The position numbers were made by a program, and so were the translations under genes. Under the pieces are notes generated by a model that was not told the origin of the DNA, ran no database searches, and saw only the letters and a list, made by a program, of their open reading frames with translations. Below, piece after piece: positions 29,618 through 43,510 of a stretch of 64,000 bases of DNA; positions within the stretch are counted from its first letter, which is position 1; the number at the start of each line of letters is the position of its first letter. The stretch covers positions 71,796,001-71,860,000 of the forward strand of contig OX597817.1 of the NCBI GenBank assembly GCA_951406725.2, given 5' to 3'. This DNA is from Octopus vulgaris. Lineage: Eukaryota.

Positions 29618-30004
29618 TTACATACACATATGTAAGTAAATATATATACACTTACACATATATACACACGGCAGTAGCATGAGTGCTATTCTCTGACCTG
29701 ATCCAGGCAATCAAAAATTGATAGAACTAATATAATTTTGAAGACAACCTGATCTATGAGCAAAGAGAATACACGAAAAAAAAAAATCAAGTTTGCAATA
29801 AAATTGAGGTGATATACGCAGATGACATCTTTCGGAAAATAAACGAGAAATAAATCAGAAAATAAAAAGAATTTTGAATTCTGGAAAAAATACAGAATTT
29901 ATTAAATAACTTTGACAAGAAAAGAAAGTTGTTATTCGTGGGTTACTTCGTTCCTAGGTAGTTCTGAAGGTTTCTCTAACTCATTCTCTTTCGTTTTATA
30001 TACC

Positions 30005-30063
<59 letters not shown>

Positions 30064-30174
30064 GTATATGTATATAAATACGAGTGCGTGTATGTATATA
30101 TATATATTTATACCAGTGTGTATACATTTATACATATATATATATGACTATGCAATATACATATACAAATACAT

Positions 30175-30410
30175 AAGGCGGCGAGCTGGCAGAAACGTTA
30201 GCACGCCGGGCAAAATGCGTAGCCGTATTTCGTCTGTCCCTATGTTCTGAGTTCAAATTCCGCCGAAGTCGACTTTGCCTTTCATCATTTCGGGGTCCAT
30301 TAAATAAGTACCAGTTACGCACTGAGGTCGATATAATCGACTTAATCCCTTTGTCTGTCCTCGTTTGTCCCCTCTATATTTAGCCCCCTGTGGGTAATAA
30401 AGAAATAAAT
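30175..30410 (+). mobile_element. SINE family A, full length with TTGTCCCCTCTAT..AATAAAGAAATA tail
   Basis: Intact head, B box, core and tail. Confidence 0.9.
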
Positions 30411-30799
30411 AAGTATATATATGTATACGTGCATATGCATTTATATTATACACTCAGATATATATATATATATGAAGATATATTTTGTACCTCCCTATAG
30501 TGTATGTTTGAATCTGCGAAACGTTTACGAAATCTTTTTTATATTATTGTATCCATTAAGTTCTGAGTTCAAATCCTTCTGGAAATTGTTTTCATTTTAT
30601 TTATTCTTCTTAGTTTAATAAATATGCACGCGAAATTTGCTCAAAAGTCGATTAATCTGTGTCACCTTTTCTTTATAAATTGCCAATATATGACATCTAT
30701 ATATCTTTAACGGTGCAGGTAAGTGACATTTAATAATCTGCATTCTTCATTCTCTGAAAATATCATTCATTCATATGTTTCGACAATATTAGTTTCACA

Positions 30800-31015
30800 T
30801 AAGGCGGCGAGCCGGCAGAATCGTTAGCACGCCGGGCAAAATGCTTCAGCAGAATTTTATCCGTCGTTAGGTTCTGAGTTCAAATTCCGCTGAGGTCAAC
30901 TTTCCCTTTCATCCTTTCGGTGTCGATAAAATAAGTACCAGTTGAACACTAGGGTCGATGTAATCGACTCACCCTCCCTCAAATTTACTAGCCTTGTGTC
31001 AAAATGTGAAACGAA
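30800..31015 (+). mobile_element. SINE family A
   Basis: AAGGCGGCGAGCCGGCAGAATCGTTAGCACGCCGGGC..CTTTCATCCTTTCGG. Confidence 0.9.
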
Positions 31016-31170
31016 TATTAGCTTCATATATGCTACCAACACCAGTATTAAAAAAGTTTACGGTATTATGTATACTTTAGCAAACATATTTTCTTTCTTC
31101 TATAAACTTCAGCTTTTTTCTCAAACTGAATGGTTTAAAATAATATACTTTTTCTCATTTTCTCAGTGCT

Positions 31171-31385
31171 TAAGACGGCGAGCTGGCAGAATCGTTAGCA
31201 CAGTGAACAAAATGCCTAGCGTTATTTATTACGGTTTTACGTTCTGGGCTCAAATCTGCCGAGGTTCACTCTGTCTTTCATTATTTGAAGGTCGATAAAA
31301 TGAGTACCAGTTGGGCACTGGGGTCAATGTAATCGATTGGACCTCTCGCCTAAAATGTCAGGCCTTCTGTCTATATTAGAACGAA
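31171..31385 (+). mobile_element. SINE family A, diverged
   Basis: CGGCGAGCTGGCAGAATCGTTAGCA..GGTCGATAAAATGAGTACCAG. Confidence 0.85.
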
Positions 31386-31928
31386 GTGCTTTCCCAAGAA
31401 GTCCAATGTTGTCTATGCTTGGCTGAGGTAGTCTAACAACACTGAAGCAAATTTAAATTTGTCTCCCATGTTTATCTTTTATCTTCTCTCTTACCTTTCA
31501 CTTGTTTCAGTCGTTAGACAACGGTCAGGCTGGGGCACCGCCTAGAAGACCCCAGTACTTTTTATTTTAAACCTGGTACTTATTCTATCCATCTCGTTGC
31601 CGAAAATTTAAATAATTCATGTCATTTTGCAAATATTGTCTTTTCTGATTGGATTACTGATGTCTATTGTATTAAATATATTTACACTAATTTAACAATA
31701 TCAGTTACGTTTTCTTTTTAACCCCGGTGCCAACTCTGATCGAGAAAAGCTGTGATTCCATGCCGTGATTATTAAATATTTCATTTAAAGTATTTCCAGG
31801 ATGTGTTCTTCCGATTTGCTCAAGACAATTTGTTATAATTTGAGGATAATTTAGTTTCTATTTCCGACAAGTCTATATAGCAGCAGTATATGAAGGGTTC
31901 TCTAACTCATTCTCTTTCGTTTTATATA

Positions 31929-31992
<64 letters not shown>

Positions 31993-32836
31993 TGTGTGTG
32001 TGTGTGTGTGTGTGTTTGTGTGTGTTATTGTACATGTATATAAATACGAGTGCGTGTATGTATATATATATATTTATACCAGTGTGTATACATTTATACA
32101 TATATATATGACTATGCAATATGCATATACATAAGGCGGCGAACTGGCAGAACCGTTAGCAGTTGTAGAGGTAATAATATATTCAGTAGTAGCTGTTGTT
32201 TATTACTATCAGGTTAGATAATACAGTTCTACTCAGGTTAAGTCAGATCGAATCTCACGTTAATTCAGATCGAATCAGGTTAATTAATCTCAGGTTAATT
32301 CAGATCGAATCGATCTAAAATCAGAGGTGCTTTATGAAAAACCTGAATTTTTCTTTTGCTCTTCAAGCTTAGTGTTTTTAGTATTATATTATTTGATATC
32401 ACCTAGTCTTAATACAGTTTAGAACTTGAAGAATGACGGCTTAAAGTCTACGTTGTTGGATAGTGTTCATAATTTTGACCAGCCGAGAGGCAACTGCAGG
32501 TCGGTGTACGTCTTTATCCAAAAGATATGGAGAGAAATCATTGTTTTCTTTCTTAACATATCTAATATGTATCTATTTATCGATTTTGCTTTTATCATTT
32601 TGGAATCGACAAAAGAAACAGCAACTTACGAGTTATAGTTCAGTATTTCTTCATACAAAATATATGTTGTCTTGACTCTCTAAAAAAACTTTATTTAGTT
32701 GTTGTTCGGTTATTTTTCTTCAACCAGTGGTTTTGTTTTTCTTATTACTTGTTTCAGTCATTGGATTGCAATCATCATGGCTCTAGTCGAACGAATCGAC
32801 TCCAATGCTCATTATTTTTGAAGAGTTGAAGTATAT

Positions 32837-33301
<465 letters not shown>

Positions 33302-33307
33302 TTTATG

Positions 33308-33750
33308 ATACTTATTCTATCGGCACCTTTTGCAGAAAGAACTTCCATGTTACGGGGAGATAAGCAAACCAACTATGTCAAGCATTGTTGGAGGACAAAA
33401 ACAAGCACAAAATCACAAGCACGCCAGTGCACATACATAGATACATACATTCATAATACAAACATACATATACATAGATACATACATACATTCATAATAC
33501 ATACATACACATACATAGATACATACATACACATACATACATACATAAATATATACATGCATACATACTTATATAAATGCATATGTACGTACACACACAC
33601 ATAATATATACATGATAAATAGGGGTAAACATTGGTCGGCACGAGGCTATAGTAGAAGACACTTGCCCAAGATGCCACGCAGTGGGACTGAACCCGGAAC
33701 CGTGTGGTTGGTAAACAAGCTACTTACCACACAGCCACTCCTACGCCTAT
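33308..33750 (-). mobile_element. SINE family B, inverted relative to its neighbour
   Basis: Reverse head ..TACTTACCACACAGCCACTCCTACGCCT at 33721-33748. Confidence 0.85.
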
Positions 33751-33909
33751 GGTGAAAGAGTACAGCTTTTCGTTGTTTTCGCTCAATAAACACACACAAC
33801 GCCCGGTCTGGGAATCGAAACCGCGATCCTAACCACTGGGCCATTGCACCTCCACTATATGTATATATATATATACATACATGTCTTCGTCTTTTATTTT
33901 TTTCGTAAA

Positions 33910-33948
<39 letters not shown>

Positions 33949-33959
33949 CACATACATAT

Positions 33960-34320
33960 GAGAGGTTTTGGTATCCATACGACTCAAAATAGCACGTAAG
34001 GCTATGTAAGTACTACGGAAGGACCGTAGTTAGACTCCTGGTTCGATAATAGTATGAACGAGGAGTTTAAAGCGGGTCGTGTGTGAGCATGTACATGTTA
34101 AATATAATTAGACAACGTAGCCAAGGCAATGTGAAGTTTCTAGGACATTTATACGGAGATATGAGGGATATCCGTTCACGAGAGAGTTAAATAGAGGGAA
34201 ATATTAGAGTTCAATATAAGAAGTTATTTTGGGGAGGGATAGATGTAGGAAGTATAAAGGGAAATAGAAGGGACATCCCTCATATCCTTGAAACAGCTGT
34301 AAGGATATCTTTATTTAACA
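33960..34320 (+). mobile_element. Penelope-pLTR-like remnant with the 3' half of an HHR motif
   Basis: GAAAC-AGCT-GTA (palindromic loop) at ~34290, preceded by a long stem GATATGAGGGAT/ATCCCTCATATC. The CUGANGA half was not found. Confidence 0.4.
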
Positions 34321-34404
34321 TACATACATACGTGTATATATATATATATGTGTGTGTGTGTGTGCTTATGTATGTATGTATGTATGTATGTATGTATGTA
34401 TATG

Positions 34405-34782
34405 TGTGTCTGTATTTGTACCCCAGCATCACCATCGCTTGACAATCGATGTTGGCGTGTTTACATCCCCGTAACTTAGCGATGCGGAAAAAGGGACCGA
34501 TAGAATAAGTACTATGCACAAACAATAAACCCTGAAATTGATGTGTTAGACCAAAGTCGGTACTCCAGCATGGCTGCAGTCAAATAACTGAGTAAAATAA
34601 CTGAGTAAAATAAAAGAATAAAAGAATAATATGTATGGTATAAGATATAATATAGAAGCGTGATAATTTGTGTAGAATAGTTACGTAAAATATAGAAATT
34701 AATATTCTGAATGGATAAATACAGAAATCAATACAGTTTAGCGCGCGCGCATGTGTGTGTGTGTGTGTTTACGTGTGTGTGT

Positions 34783-34824
<42 letters not shown>

Positions 34825-35792
34825 AAACGAAGAATAGAGATTGAGGGGCATAGAGACAGATGGAAATAGAGAAATATACAGTGGGAAAAATTGACATGTG
34901 TGATGGAGGAAAAGGTGATTAAAAATAAATGAATGGAAGTCAATTATCAATAAGAACTTTAGGTTGAATATGAATGACTGGATGGCCATTCATGAAACCA
35001 CACATGATAAGAGTTCAAAGGTCATTTTTAGAAAGACTCGTATTCTTTTCCGTTGTTGTTGAGCATTTGAAACCCATATTGTAGGGCTCCAAACAACCAT
35101 ATGGGTAAAATGCGCATAGGGACTATAATACCAACCTGTGTTTAACCTTATTACTCCTCCCCCTGCTCTAATACTTCACAACTAGTGATATTCAGCACAG
35201 AAGTTAACAACTATACAAAAAGCAGGCTGGATTATGTAATCTATGTGGAGTTCTAAACATAACAGTAACCGTTGTAAGCTATTTGCAATCATAATTTCTA
35301 CTTTATGTATGTATGTATGTATGTATGTATGTATGTATGTATGTACGTATGTATGTATGTATGTACGTATGCATGTATGTATGTATGTATGTATGTATGT
35401 ATGTATGTATGTATGTATGTATTCTTTTAGCCGTTTATTCGATTACTTGTTTCAGCCATTTGACTTGAAGGGTTTTATTCGAAGAAATCGATCCCAGAAT
35501 TTTTTTTAAAGATTAGTACTTATTCTATCAGTCTCTTTTGCAGAACCACTAAGTTACGGGAACGTAAACACACCAACACCGGATGTTAAGTGCTGATCAG
35601 GAGACAAACACAGACACAAACACAGACACTGACACACACACACGCACACACACAAATATATACGACGGGTTTCTTTCCATTTTCTTTCAGTTTTCCCAAG
35701 GGCTTGGTGGCCTGACGCTAAAGTAGAAGACACCATCCTAAGGTGCCATGCATTGGGACTGAAGCAAACTTCTTACCACACAGCCACGCCTG
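34405..35792. mobile_element. Two diverged SINE family B copies (34405-34600 plus; 35440-35792 minus)
   Basis: Family motifs CGTAACTTAGC, GATAGAATAAGTACT and CTCCAGCATGGC. Confidence 0.75.
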
Positions 35793-35794
35793 TG

Positions 35795-35837
<43 letters not shown>

Positions 35838-35861
<24 letters not shown>

Positions 35862-36293
35862 GGCATACACACATACATTACACACGTACACACACACCTA
35901 CATACACATGCATACACACACACACACAAACATGCACGGACACACCCAGACATACATACATACACCTATATACACACGACGACACACCTACATACACACA
36001 CATATACACACGCCCACACACCTACATACACACATACATACACACACATACATACACACACATACACGGACACACCCATACATACTTACATACATACACC
36101 TATACACCCACGCCTACACACCTACATACACACACATGCATACACACACACACATGTACACGCATACACACGCACACACACGCATACACACATACATTAC
36201 ACACGTACACACACACCTACATACACATGCATACACACACACACAAACATGCACGGACACACCCAGACATACATACATACACCTATACACACA

Positions 36294-36332
<39 letters not shown>

Positions 36333-36960
36333 ACATACATACACACATACATACACACACATACACGGACACACCCATACATACTTACATACATACACCT
36401 ATACACACACGCCTACACACCTACATACACATGCATACACACACACACATGTACGCACATACACACACATATACGCACATACATATATACCCACACACAT
36501 GCACACACACACATACGCACACATGCATGCATGCACACGCGCACACCTAAACGCATACACACACACACACACACGTACACACACATACATACACACACAC
36601 ATACATACACCCATACACATACATGCATACTACGCACACATACATACACACTCACACATACATACACACACACACACTCACTCACACACCTGTATGTACG
36701 CGCACACACATGCACATACACACACTTCCACACACCCACACGTACATACATACACACTCATACACATACACACACACACACACACGGACATACATCTATG
36801 CACACACATATATACACACATACTCACATACATTTCATCGGACACACTGACACCCAGACATACACACAGACACACTCACACATCCACACACATACATACT
36901 TACGCGCATACTCGCAGGCGCGCGCACACACGCGCTTGCGCCGGTTCGCGCACGCATACG
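35838..36960. repeat. CA-rich cryptic minisatellite with a ~300-320-bp higher-order duplication
   Basis: Marker blocks ACATTACACACGTAC..CATGCACGGACACACCCAGAC at ~35876 and ~36194, and CACGGACACACCCATACATACTT at ~36065 and ~36364. Confidence 0.85.
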
Positions 36961-37489
36961 CGCCGCATGCACCTCGCTCTTGGACCCGACGAGACCTCCC
37001 GCTCGTCCCTGGGACCGTCGCTTGTCGTTGGGTTTTCCCACGCCCGTCTCCGCGGGACCACTCTTCCATCTTCCCCTCAGCTGGAGTCCTTTTTCCTTAA
37101 CCCCTCCTTTTTGTTACACACACGCGCACACATATACACACATTGCTTAAATATATACATTACTCTTACACACATTCAATCTACTCGCCATTAATACTAC
37201 CACGACACTGGACACACACACACACTACTACTCAACACACGCTGGCACGCTACATACGCCCCCACCCCTTCCCCTCCCTCCCTTCCTCCTTCCTTCTTTT
37301 TCTTACTACTGACCACTTTCTGCTATGCCTACCACTGTCTCGCCCTACCTCACACGCCTACACACAGACGCACACACTAACACATACATATATTTTTTGT
37401 TTTTTTATCTCGCCTCACACACACACATACACACACGCACACGCACACACTCACACATACACACACATCTGTTGCGTTACCAACCTTGT

Positions 37490-37760
37490 CTCCACTCTTT
37501 TGGCCTTAAAAACCTACTTTGCTCTTGTTATCGTAAACTTCCGCCTTTCACCATGTATAACTCGTAAACACCAGTCGTTTTTTTCTCTATCCCTGTTGCC
37601 CGCTTTGGGATCTTTCTTTCTCTCTCTTCCTTCTTTATGTTTCCGACGAAGAGCTCCGCTCGAAACGTCATACCTTCCTGCTTCCATTTCCTGAGCGCCT
37701 ATTAATAATAATACTGTAATTGTTCCATTGTTGTTGTTTTTTTGTTTTCCCGTTTGGATT

Positions 37761-37765
<5 letters not shown>
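37490..37765 (+). mobile_element. Penelope-like 3' end with a minimal HHR variant (CCGACGA core) running into (TA)n
   Basis: CCGACGA-A-GAGC-TCC-GCTC-GAAACGTC at 37643-37669. Tail ..TTTGGATTAA then (TA)n. Confidence 0.6.
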
Positions 37766-37798
<33 letters not shown>

Positions 37799-37827
37799 TT
37801 AGGTGAGATGTACAGAAATTATATATT

Positions 37828-38094
37828 GAGAAAAAAAGTCGTCAGAATTTTGGAAAACAATTCTTTTTATTTCTTCATTATCATAAGCGCTTTATTTCCT
37901 TTCTCGAACTTGGCAAATAGAATTTTGTGAATATACAAACAGTTTGTTCATTTATATAAAACAGATGTTTTGGAGGAGGGTTTTTAAAAGAGAACATAGT
38001 TCTTGTTTTGGGGGTGAGATTCCATGACAATGGAGATGGCTAGATAAAAATATAGGTAGGTAGATAGGCTGATAGATAGATAGATGAATAAATA

Positions 38095-38156
<62 letters not shown>

Positions 38157-38296
38157 GGATAGATAGATAGATAGATAGTCAAACAGATAGACAGATAGGT
38201 AGAGGGAGAGAGAGAGAGAGAGAAGGGGTATCCCCCTTCCTATTCCCCATTCATTTATTAATTTTTTGTATTTCTTTACCATTGTATCTACAAATG

Positions 38297-38357
<61 letters not shown>

Positions 38358-38782
38358 AACATTAGGATATTCTAGCTTTACGTATATATATGTGTGTTTA
38401 TATGTATATGTGTGTGTGTGTGTGTGTGTAAATTTTTTGTTTCATATTATTTTATTTATTGATTGATTTTTCAAATTGTTAATTTGCAAATATACTAATA
38501 TTTTTATCATGCAGAACTATATTTTATCAAAAAATTCCCTCCAAAAATGAATGTTTGGAAGGGATGACAATACATTTTGTATTCTAAAATGAAAGAGGGG
38601 AAAAAAGAAAGAAAAAAGGGGAAGAGAGAAAGAAAGCACAATGACTTTAATGGTGACCAAACTGCATCTTTTTTTGAAGAAGTCACCATCCTTAAACCCA
38701 TTCCAATACAATGATAGAGGAAAAAATATATAAATATATAAATGGTGAATAGGAAGGGGGATACCCTTCTCTCTCTCTCTCC

Positions 38783-38844
<62 letters not shown>

Positions 38845-39084
38845 AGCCTATATACCTACCTATATTTTTATCCATCTCTATTGTCAATGAAACCTCACCC
38901 CAAAAAACAAAAGCAATATTCTCTTCTAAACAAAACCTCAAAAACATCTGTTTTATATAAATTAATAAGTTGTTTGTACTTTCACAAAATGTTGTTTGAC
39001 AAGTTCGAGAAAAGAACGAGAGCGCTAATAATAATGAAGAAATAAAAAGATTTTATTTTCCAAAATCCAGACGAATTTTTTCTC
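37828..39084. mobile_element. Large fold-back with ~380-460-bp diverged inverted arms and ~420-bp spacer
   Basis: 37828-38288 is the inverse of 38706-39084 (e.g. AAGGGGTATCCCCCTTCCTATTC/GAATAGGAAGGGGGATACCCTT; TTTATATAAAACAGATGTTTT/AAAACATCTGTTTTATATAAA). Confidence 0.85.
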
Positions 39085-39104
39085 TCTAAAGGTAGCCATT
39101 AAAG

Positions 39105-39268
39105 CTTTTTTTATTCTCTCTTTGTTTATTTTCTTGTGTTCCATTCTGTTGAAGAGCGTAGGCTCGAAACGTAAAAGACATTTCCCCCCTTCACGAGCGT
39201 TAAACTAATACACCTGCTTGTTGTTTATACACCTGTCATTGTCTATTTTCTTGTAACAACCAACTACA
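39105..39268 (+). mobile_element. Penelope-like 3' end with a minimal HHR variant (CTGTTGA core)
   Basis: CTGTTGA-A-GAGC-GTAG-GCTC-GAAACGTA at 39146-39173; ends in a TA tract. Confidence 0.6.
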
Positions 39269-39290
39269 TATATATGTATATATATATATA

Positions 39291-39633
39291 CTCTTTTACT
39301 TGTTTCACTCATTTGACTACGGCCAACATTAGTCGAGCAAATCGACCCAGGACTTATTCTTTGTAAGCCTCGTACTTATTCTATCGGTCTCTTTTGCTGA
39401 ACCGCTAAGTTACGGGTACGTAAACACACCAGCATCGGTTGTGAAGTGATGTTGGGGGGACAAACACAGAAACATACACACACACACATATACATATATA
39501 CGACGGGCTTCCTTCAGTTTCCGTCTACTAAGTCCACTCACAAGGCTTTGGTCGGCCCGAGCCTATAGTAGAAGACACTTGTCCAAGGTGCCACGTAGTG
39601 GGACTGAACCCAGAACCATGTGGTTGGTGAGCA
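39291..39633 (-). mobile_element. SINE family B, head truncated
   Basis: Reverse copy from the tail CTCTTTTACTTGTTTCA to ..GAACCATGTGGTTGGT. Confidence 0.9.
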
Positions 39634-40917
39634 AACACACAGACACACAAGTTGAGTTTTATATATATAGATATATTTATATGTTTATATATCTATATTT
39701 ATTTATTTATTTATTCATTTATTTATATGAAAACACTGAACCCAATTATGTAGAATTATATAACCATATAACCGATTGCTTTTGGTAGGAACATGAACGA
39801 CCACATGGGATTCTTTCGCTGGCTCGGAACATTTTTCCAATTGAAATACACTGAAAAATGGTGACACAGAAGTAAAAAATCGTAAAAAAGGGATTTTCAT
39901 AGAAAAAAGTACCTTTTTGATGTAAATAATTTTTTGGTGTTAACATGGTCTGATTTGAATTTTATCTTCTACAGAATGAAGAGCAAGCCTTCTTCTATCA
40001 TACTCTCAATTTTGGTCAACTTGCGCTGCAGGGTCTCGAAGGAGATAGTGTTAGTTAAATAAATGCATATAATCAGATTCTTTTGCCTTAATAATGAAAC
40101 TTGGTAGAGCCAAAAGTTAAACACACAGACACACACACAGATACACACACAGACACACAAGTTGAGTTATATATATATAGATTTCTCAACGGGGATTTCA
40201 GGGGAGAGTTTCAGGGAGTCGCTGGCGATGTATAGTGATGATCAAATATCCGGCCTGCTAAAATTTGGTTAAAGTGATTCAAACTGCAGACTCAACGCAA
40301 AATGGTCACATTTAATTCAAAGCGTTAAAAATGTTATGAAAACAATTGGTATGTGTTCACAAAGTCCAAACGATTAATACGAAAAAACCCTCCAGGCTAC
40401 ATTCCGAAAATTCTTTTTTTTGCCGAATTTCTACAATGTTTACGGCGATTCGTTTTATATCTTGATTTTTTATTTTTCATGCAATTTAAGCATGCTTGCA
40501 CGCGTGGTGAACGCAGTTCACGTCAAACAGCTGACTGAGTAAAGTTCACTATTCAACACATGGGATAAGGCCTAAACAAACACACTATCGATTATTGCAC
40601 TTGCGAGATGAATTTCGGAACAGAAATAGCACAGTTCAATTTTCATTCGCCTAAACTTTAAGTGACCCATTTTTGGTGGTTCTACGATTTGTTGGCTAGG
40701 AGGAGATGTGCCGGGAAGTTAAACACACAGACACACAAGTTGAGTTTTATATGTATAGATATATTTATATGTTTATATATCTATATTTATTTATTTATTT
40801 ATTCATTTATTTATATGAAAACACTGAACCCAATTATGTAGAATTATATAACCATATAACCGATTGCTTTTGGTAGGAACATGAACGACCACATGGGATT
40901 CTTTCGCTGGCTCGGAA
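39633..40917 (+). repeat. Near-identical ~197-bp direct repeats (39633-39829, 40721-40917) with a partial third copy (~40117-40180)
   Basis: AAACACACAGACACACAAGTTGAGTT..GGGATTCTTTCGCTGGCTCGGAA occurs twice. Confidence 0.9.
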
Positions 40918-41452
40918 AATGGTATTTGAGAAGAAAATGCGCACATCTGAAAATATCAGGCTTGAAACGATACCAAATGAAATAGCTACGATTTGTTTTT
41001 GCACAATAATGTCTCTGTTTTTACTGCTATCTTAAACTAAGTATACATACAACAGCAAAACAAAACCACATATACCAAACTCACAGGATAGGCAAACAAA
41101 GTTAAATAAATGCATATAATCAGATTCTTTTGATAAACTAAGGAAAAGGAAAATGAAATAACTCTAGGAGACAGGAAAAAAACCACCCAGAGAAAACATA
41201 TAAGCAAAGTGTCATTCACATAAGTGAGATATATAAAGAAACATATGTGTAACAGAACGTGTGCATGCGCACACAAGTGTGTGTTTCATACGTACAGAAG
41301 CTTCGGTTGGGGTTTTTTCTAAGTATATGAAAAGGATTGGTGTAATCTTAAAGGGACGTCAGAAAAAAGATATACAGAAAAATGTTTTACGAAATCAGCA
41401 AACTCACATGCATATACACACGTATCTCGCTCTCTTTTTCTCTCTCTCTCCC

Positions 41453-41534
<82 letters not shown>

Positions 41535-41536
<2 letters not shown>

Positions 41537-41836
41537 TCTTTTACTCTTTTACTTGCTTCAGTCATTTGACTGCGGCCATGCTGGAGCACTGCCTTTAGTC
41601 GAGCAAATCATCGACCCCGGGACTTATTCTTTCGATCACTTTTGCCGAACCGCTATACATATACATATATACGACGGGCTACTTTCAATTTCCGTCTATC
41701 AAATCTACTCACAAGGCTTTGGTCGGCCCGAGGCTACAGTAGAAGACACTTGTCCAAGGTGCCACGCAGTGGGGCTGAACCCAGAACCATGTGGTTGGTA
41801 AGTAAGTTACTTACCACACAGTCACTTCTGCGCCTA
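41535..41836 (-). mobile_element. SINE family B with internal deletion
   Basis: Reverse tail and head motifs present. Confidence 0.9.
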
Positions 41837-42276
41837 AACATGTGTGTGTGTGTGTGTGTACAAAAATGTTCGATAATGTGCAACCAATATCAGGGGGGTA
41901 GGCAAAACTTCATATCAAGGAAGTCTCAACAACGACTACAGAGAAGAAGACTGACAGGGGGCCAAATAGAAGAGAATAGTTGTAAAACTATAAACAAGAA
42001 AAGAAAGAATAACAGGAGGAAGAACACTGACCAAACTGATATGAGACAAGTTCGTCATAAGTCAGTTACGGCTATCTGAACAATGTAAATATACATACAA
42101 CAGAAAAGGTTATAAAACCACATATACACAGACTCACAGGCAAGCAAACACACACTTATATATATACACACATTTGCACCTACGTATACACAGTAGCACA
42201 GACACACATACACACATTAAAAATAAGCGTTCACACATGTACAAATACACATGCAAACATAAAGACATATGCAAAC

Positions 42277-42309
<33 letters not shown>

Positions 42310-42314
<5 letters not shown>

Positions 42315-42502
42315 AGGAAAGTTTACGAAAATAAACAAAAGACGAAGGCAGGTGGTGTACAAACAAACAGATGTATTAGTATAGCGATCAGGAATAGAAA
42401 AAGTCTTTTACGTTTCGAGCCTACGCTCTTCTACAGAAAGATACACAGAAAAAAACAAGGAGAGAAAAAAATGTGTGTAGTAGCTAACGATCTATCATGG
42501 CG

Positions 42503-42539
<37 letters not shown>

Positions 42540-42702
42540 TAGAGATTTTCGAAAGAAAAAAAAAAGAAAAAAGACGAAGAGAGAATTGGTGTACAAAACA
42601 AACAAATGTATTAGTGTATCGCTCAGGAAATAGAAAAAGGGGCACAAAAAAAACAAGAAGATAAACAAGGAGAGAAAAAAATGTGTGTAGTGGCTAACGA
42701 TG
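42310..42702 (-). mobile_element. Two tandem Penelope-like 3' ends; the first carries a minimal HHR variant
   Basis: Reverse complement of 42404-42441 is TCTTT-CTGTAGA-A-GAGC-GTAG-GCTC-GAAACGT-A-AAAGA. The second copy (42540-42702) has the HHR segment deleted. Confidence 0.65.
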
Positions 42703-43110
42703 CATACTTAAACCCATATATATGCCTACATATGTGTACATACATATAAATATATATACATATAACACACGTACTGATATATATTCGCCTCCATACATAT
42801 AAAGTTGCATACGAATACATGAACATACACGGAAACATACATATATATATAGACATATATACACACACGTACATTCAGTTACATATACAAATATACAGAA
42901 ACCTATCTATGCATAAACACTCGCGCATATTTGCGTACTTAGAATAAACCACACATCCAAACAACTAAGCATGAACCAATCTGTCAATCGTATCACTCAA
43001 CTATCAATTGAGAAAATCGTAGAAATATATTGATACAAACACAATACGTATAGACACAAACACATATTCGGTTTTGAGAGAGGAGTAGCATTGTTTGTAT
43101 TTCCTTGATA

Positions 43111-43510
43111 TAGGCGTAGGAGTGACTGTGTGGTAAGTAGCTTGCTTACCAACCACATGGTTCTGGGTTCAGTCTCACTGCGTGACACCTTGGGCAAGTG
43201 TCTTCTTCTATAGCCTCAGGCCGACCATAGCCTAGTGAGTAGATTTGGTAGACGGAAACTGAAAGAAAGCCCGTCGTATATATATATATATATGTGTGTA
43301 TGTGTGTATATGTTTGTGTGTCTGTGTTTGTCCCAGAGCATCGCTTGACAACCGATGCTGGTGTGATACGTGTCCGTAACTTAGCGGTTCGGCAAAAGAG
43401 ACTATAGAATAAGTACTAAGTTTACAAAGAACAAGTCATGGGGTCGATTTGCTCGACTAAAGGCGTAGCTCCAGCATGGCCACAATCAAATGACTGAAAC
43501 AAGTAAAAGG
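43111..43510 (+). mobile_element. SINE family B, full length
   Basis: AGGCGTAGGAGTGACTGTGTGGTAAGTAGCTTGC..GACTGAAACAAGTAAAAG. Confidence 0.92.

Larger units (their letters stand above)
29966..32161 (+). repeat. Dispersed direct duplication of ~240-270 bp (29966-30202 and 31892-32161)
   Basis: TCTCTAACTCATTCTCTTTCGTTTTATATACC..TATGACTATGCAATA..ACATAAGGCGGCGA.CTGGCAGAA occurs twice. Confidence 0.9.

Noticed and set aside
35743-37194. 483-aa His/Thr/Tyr-rich ORF that could be mistaken for a His-rich structural protein
   Set aside because: It starts inside a reverse SINE and runs through CA/TA repeats that lack stops in all frames. The parallel frames are equally open.
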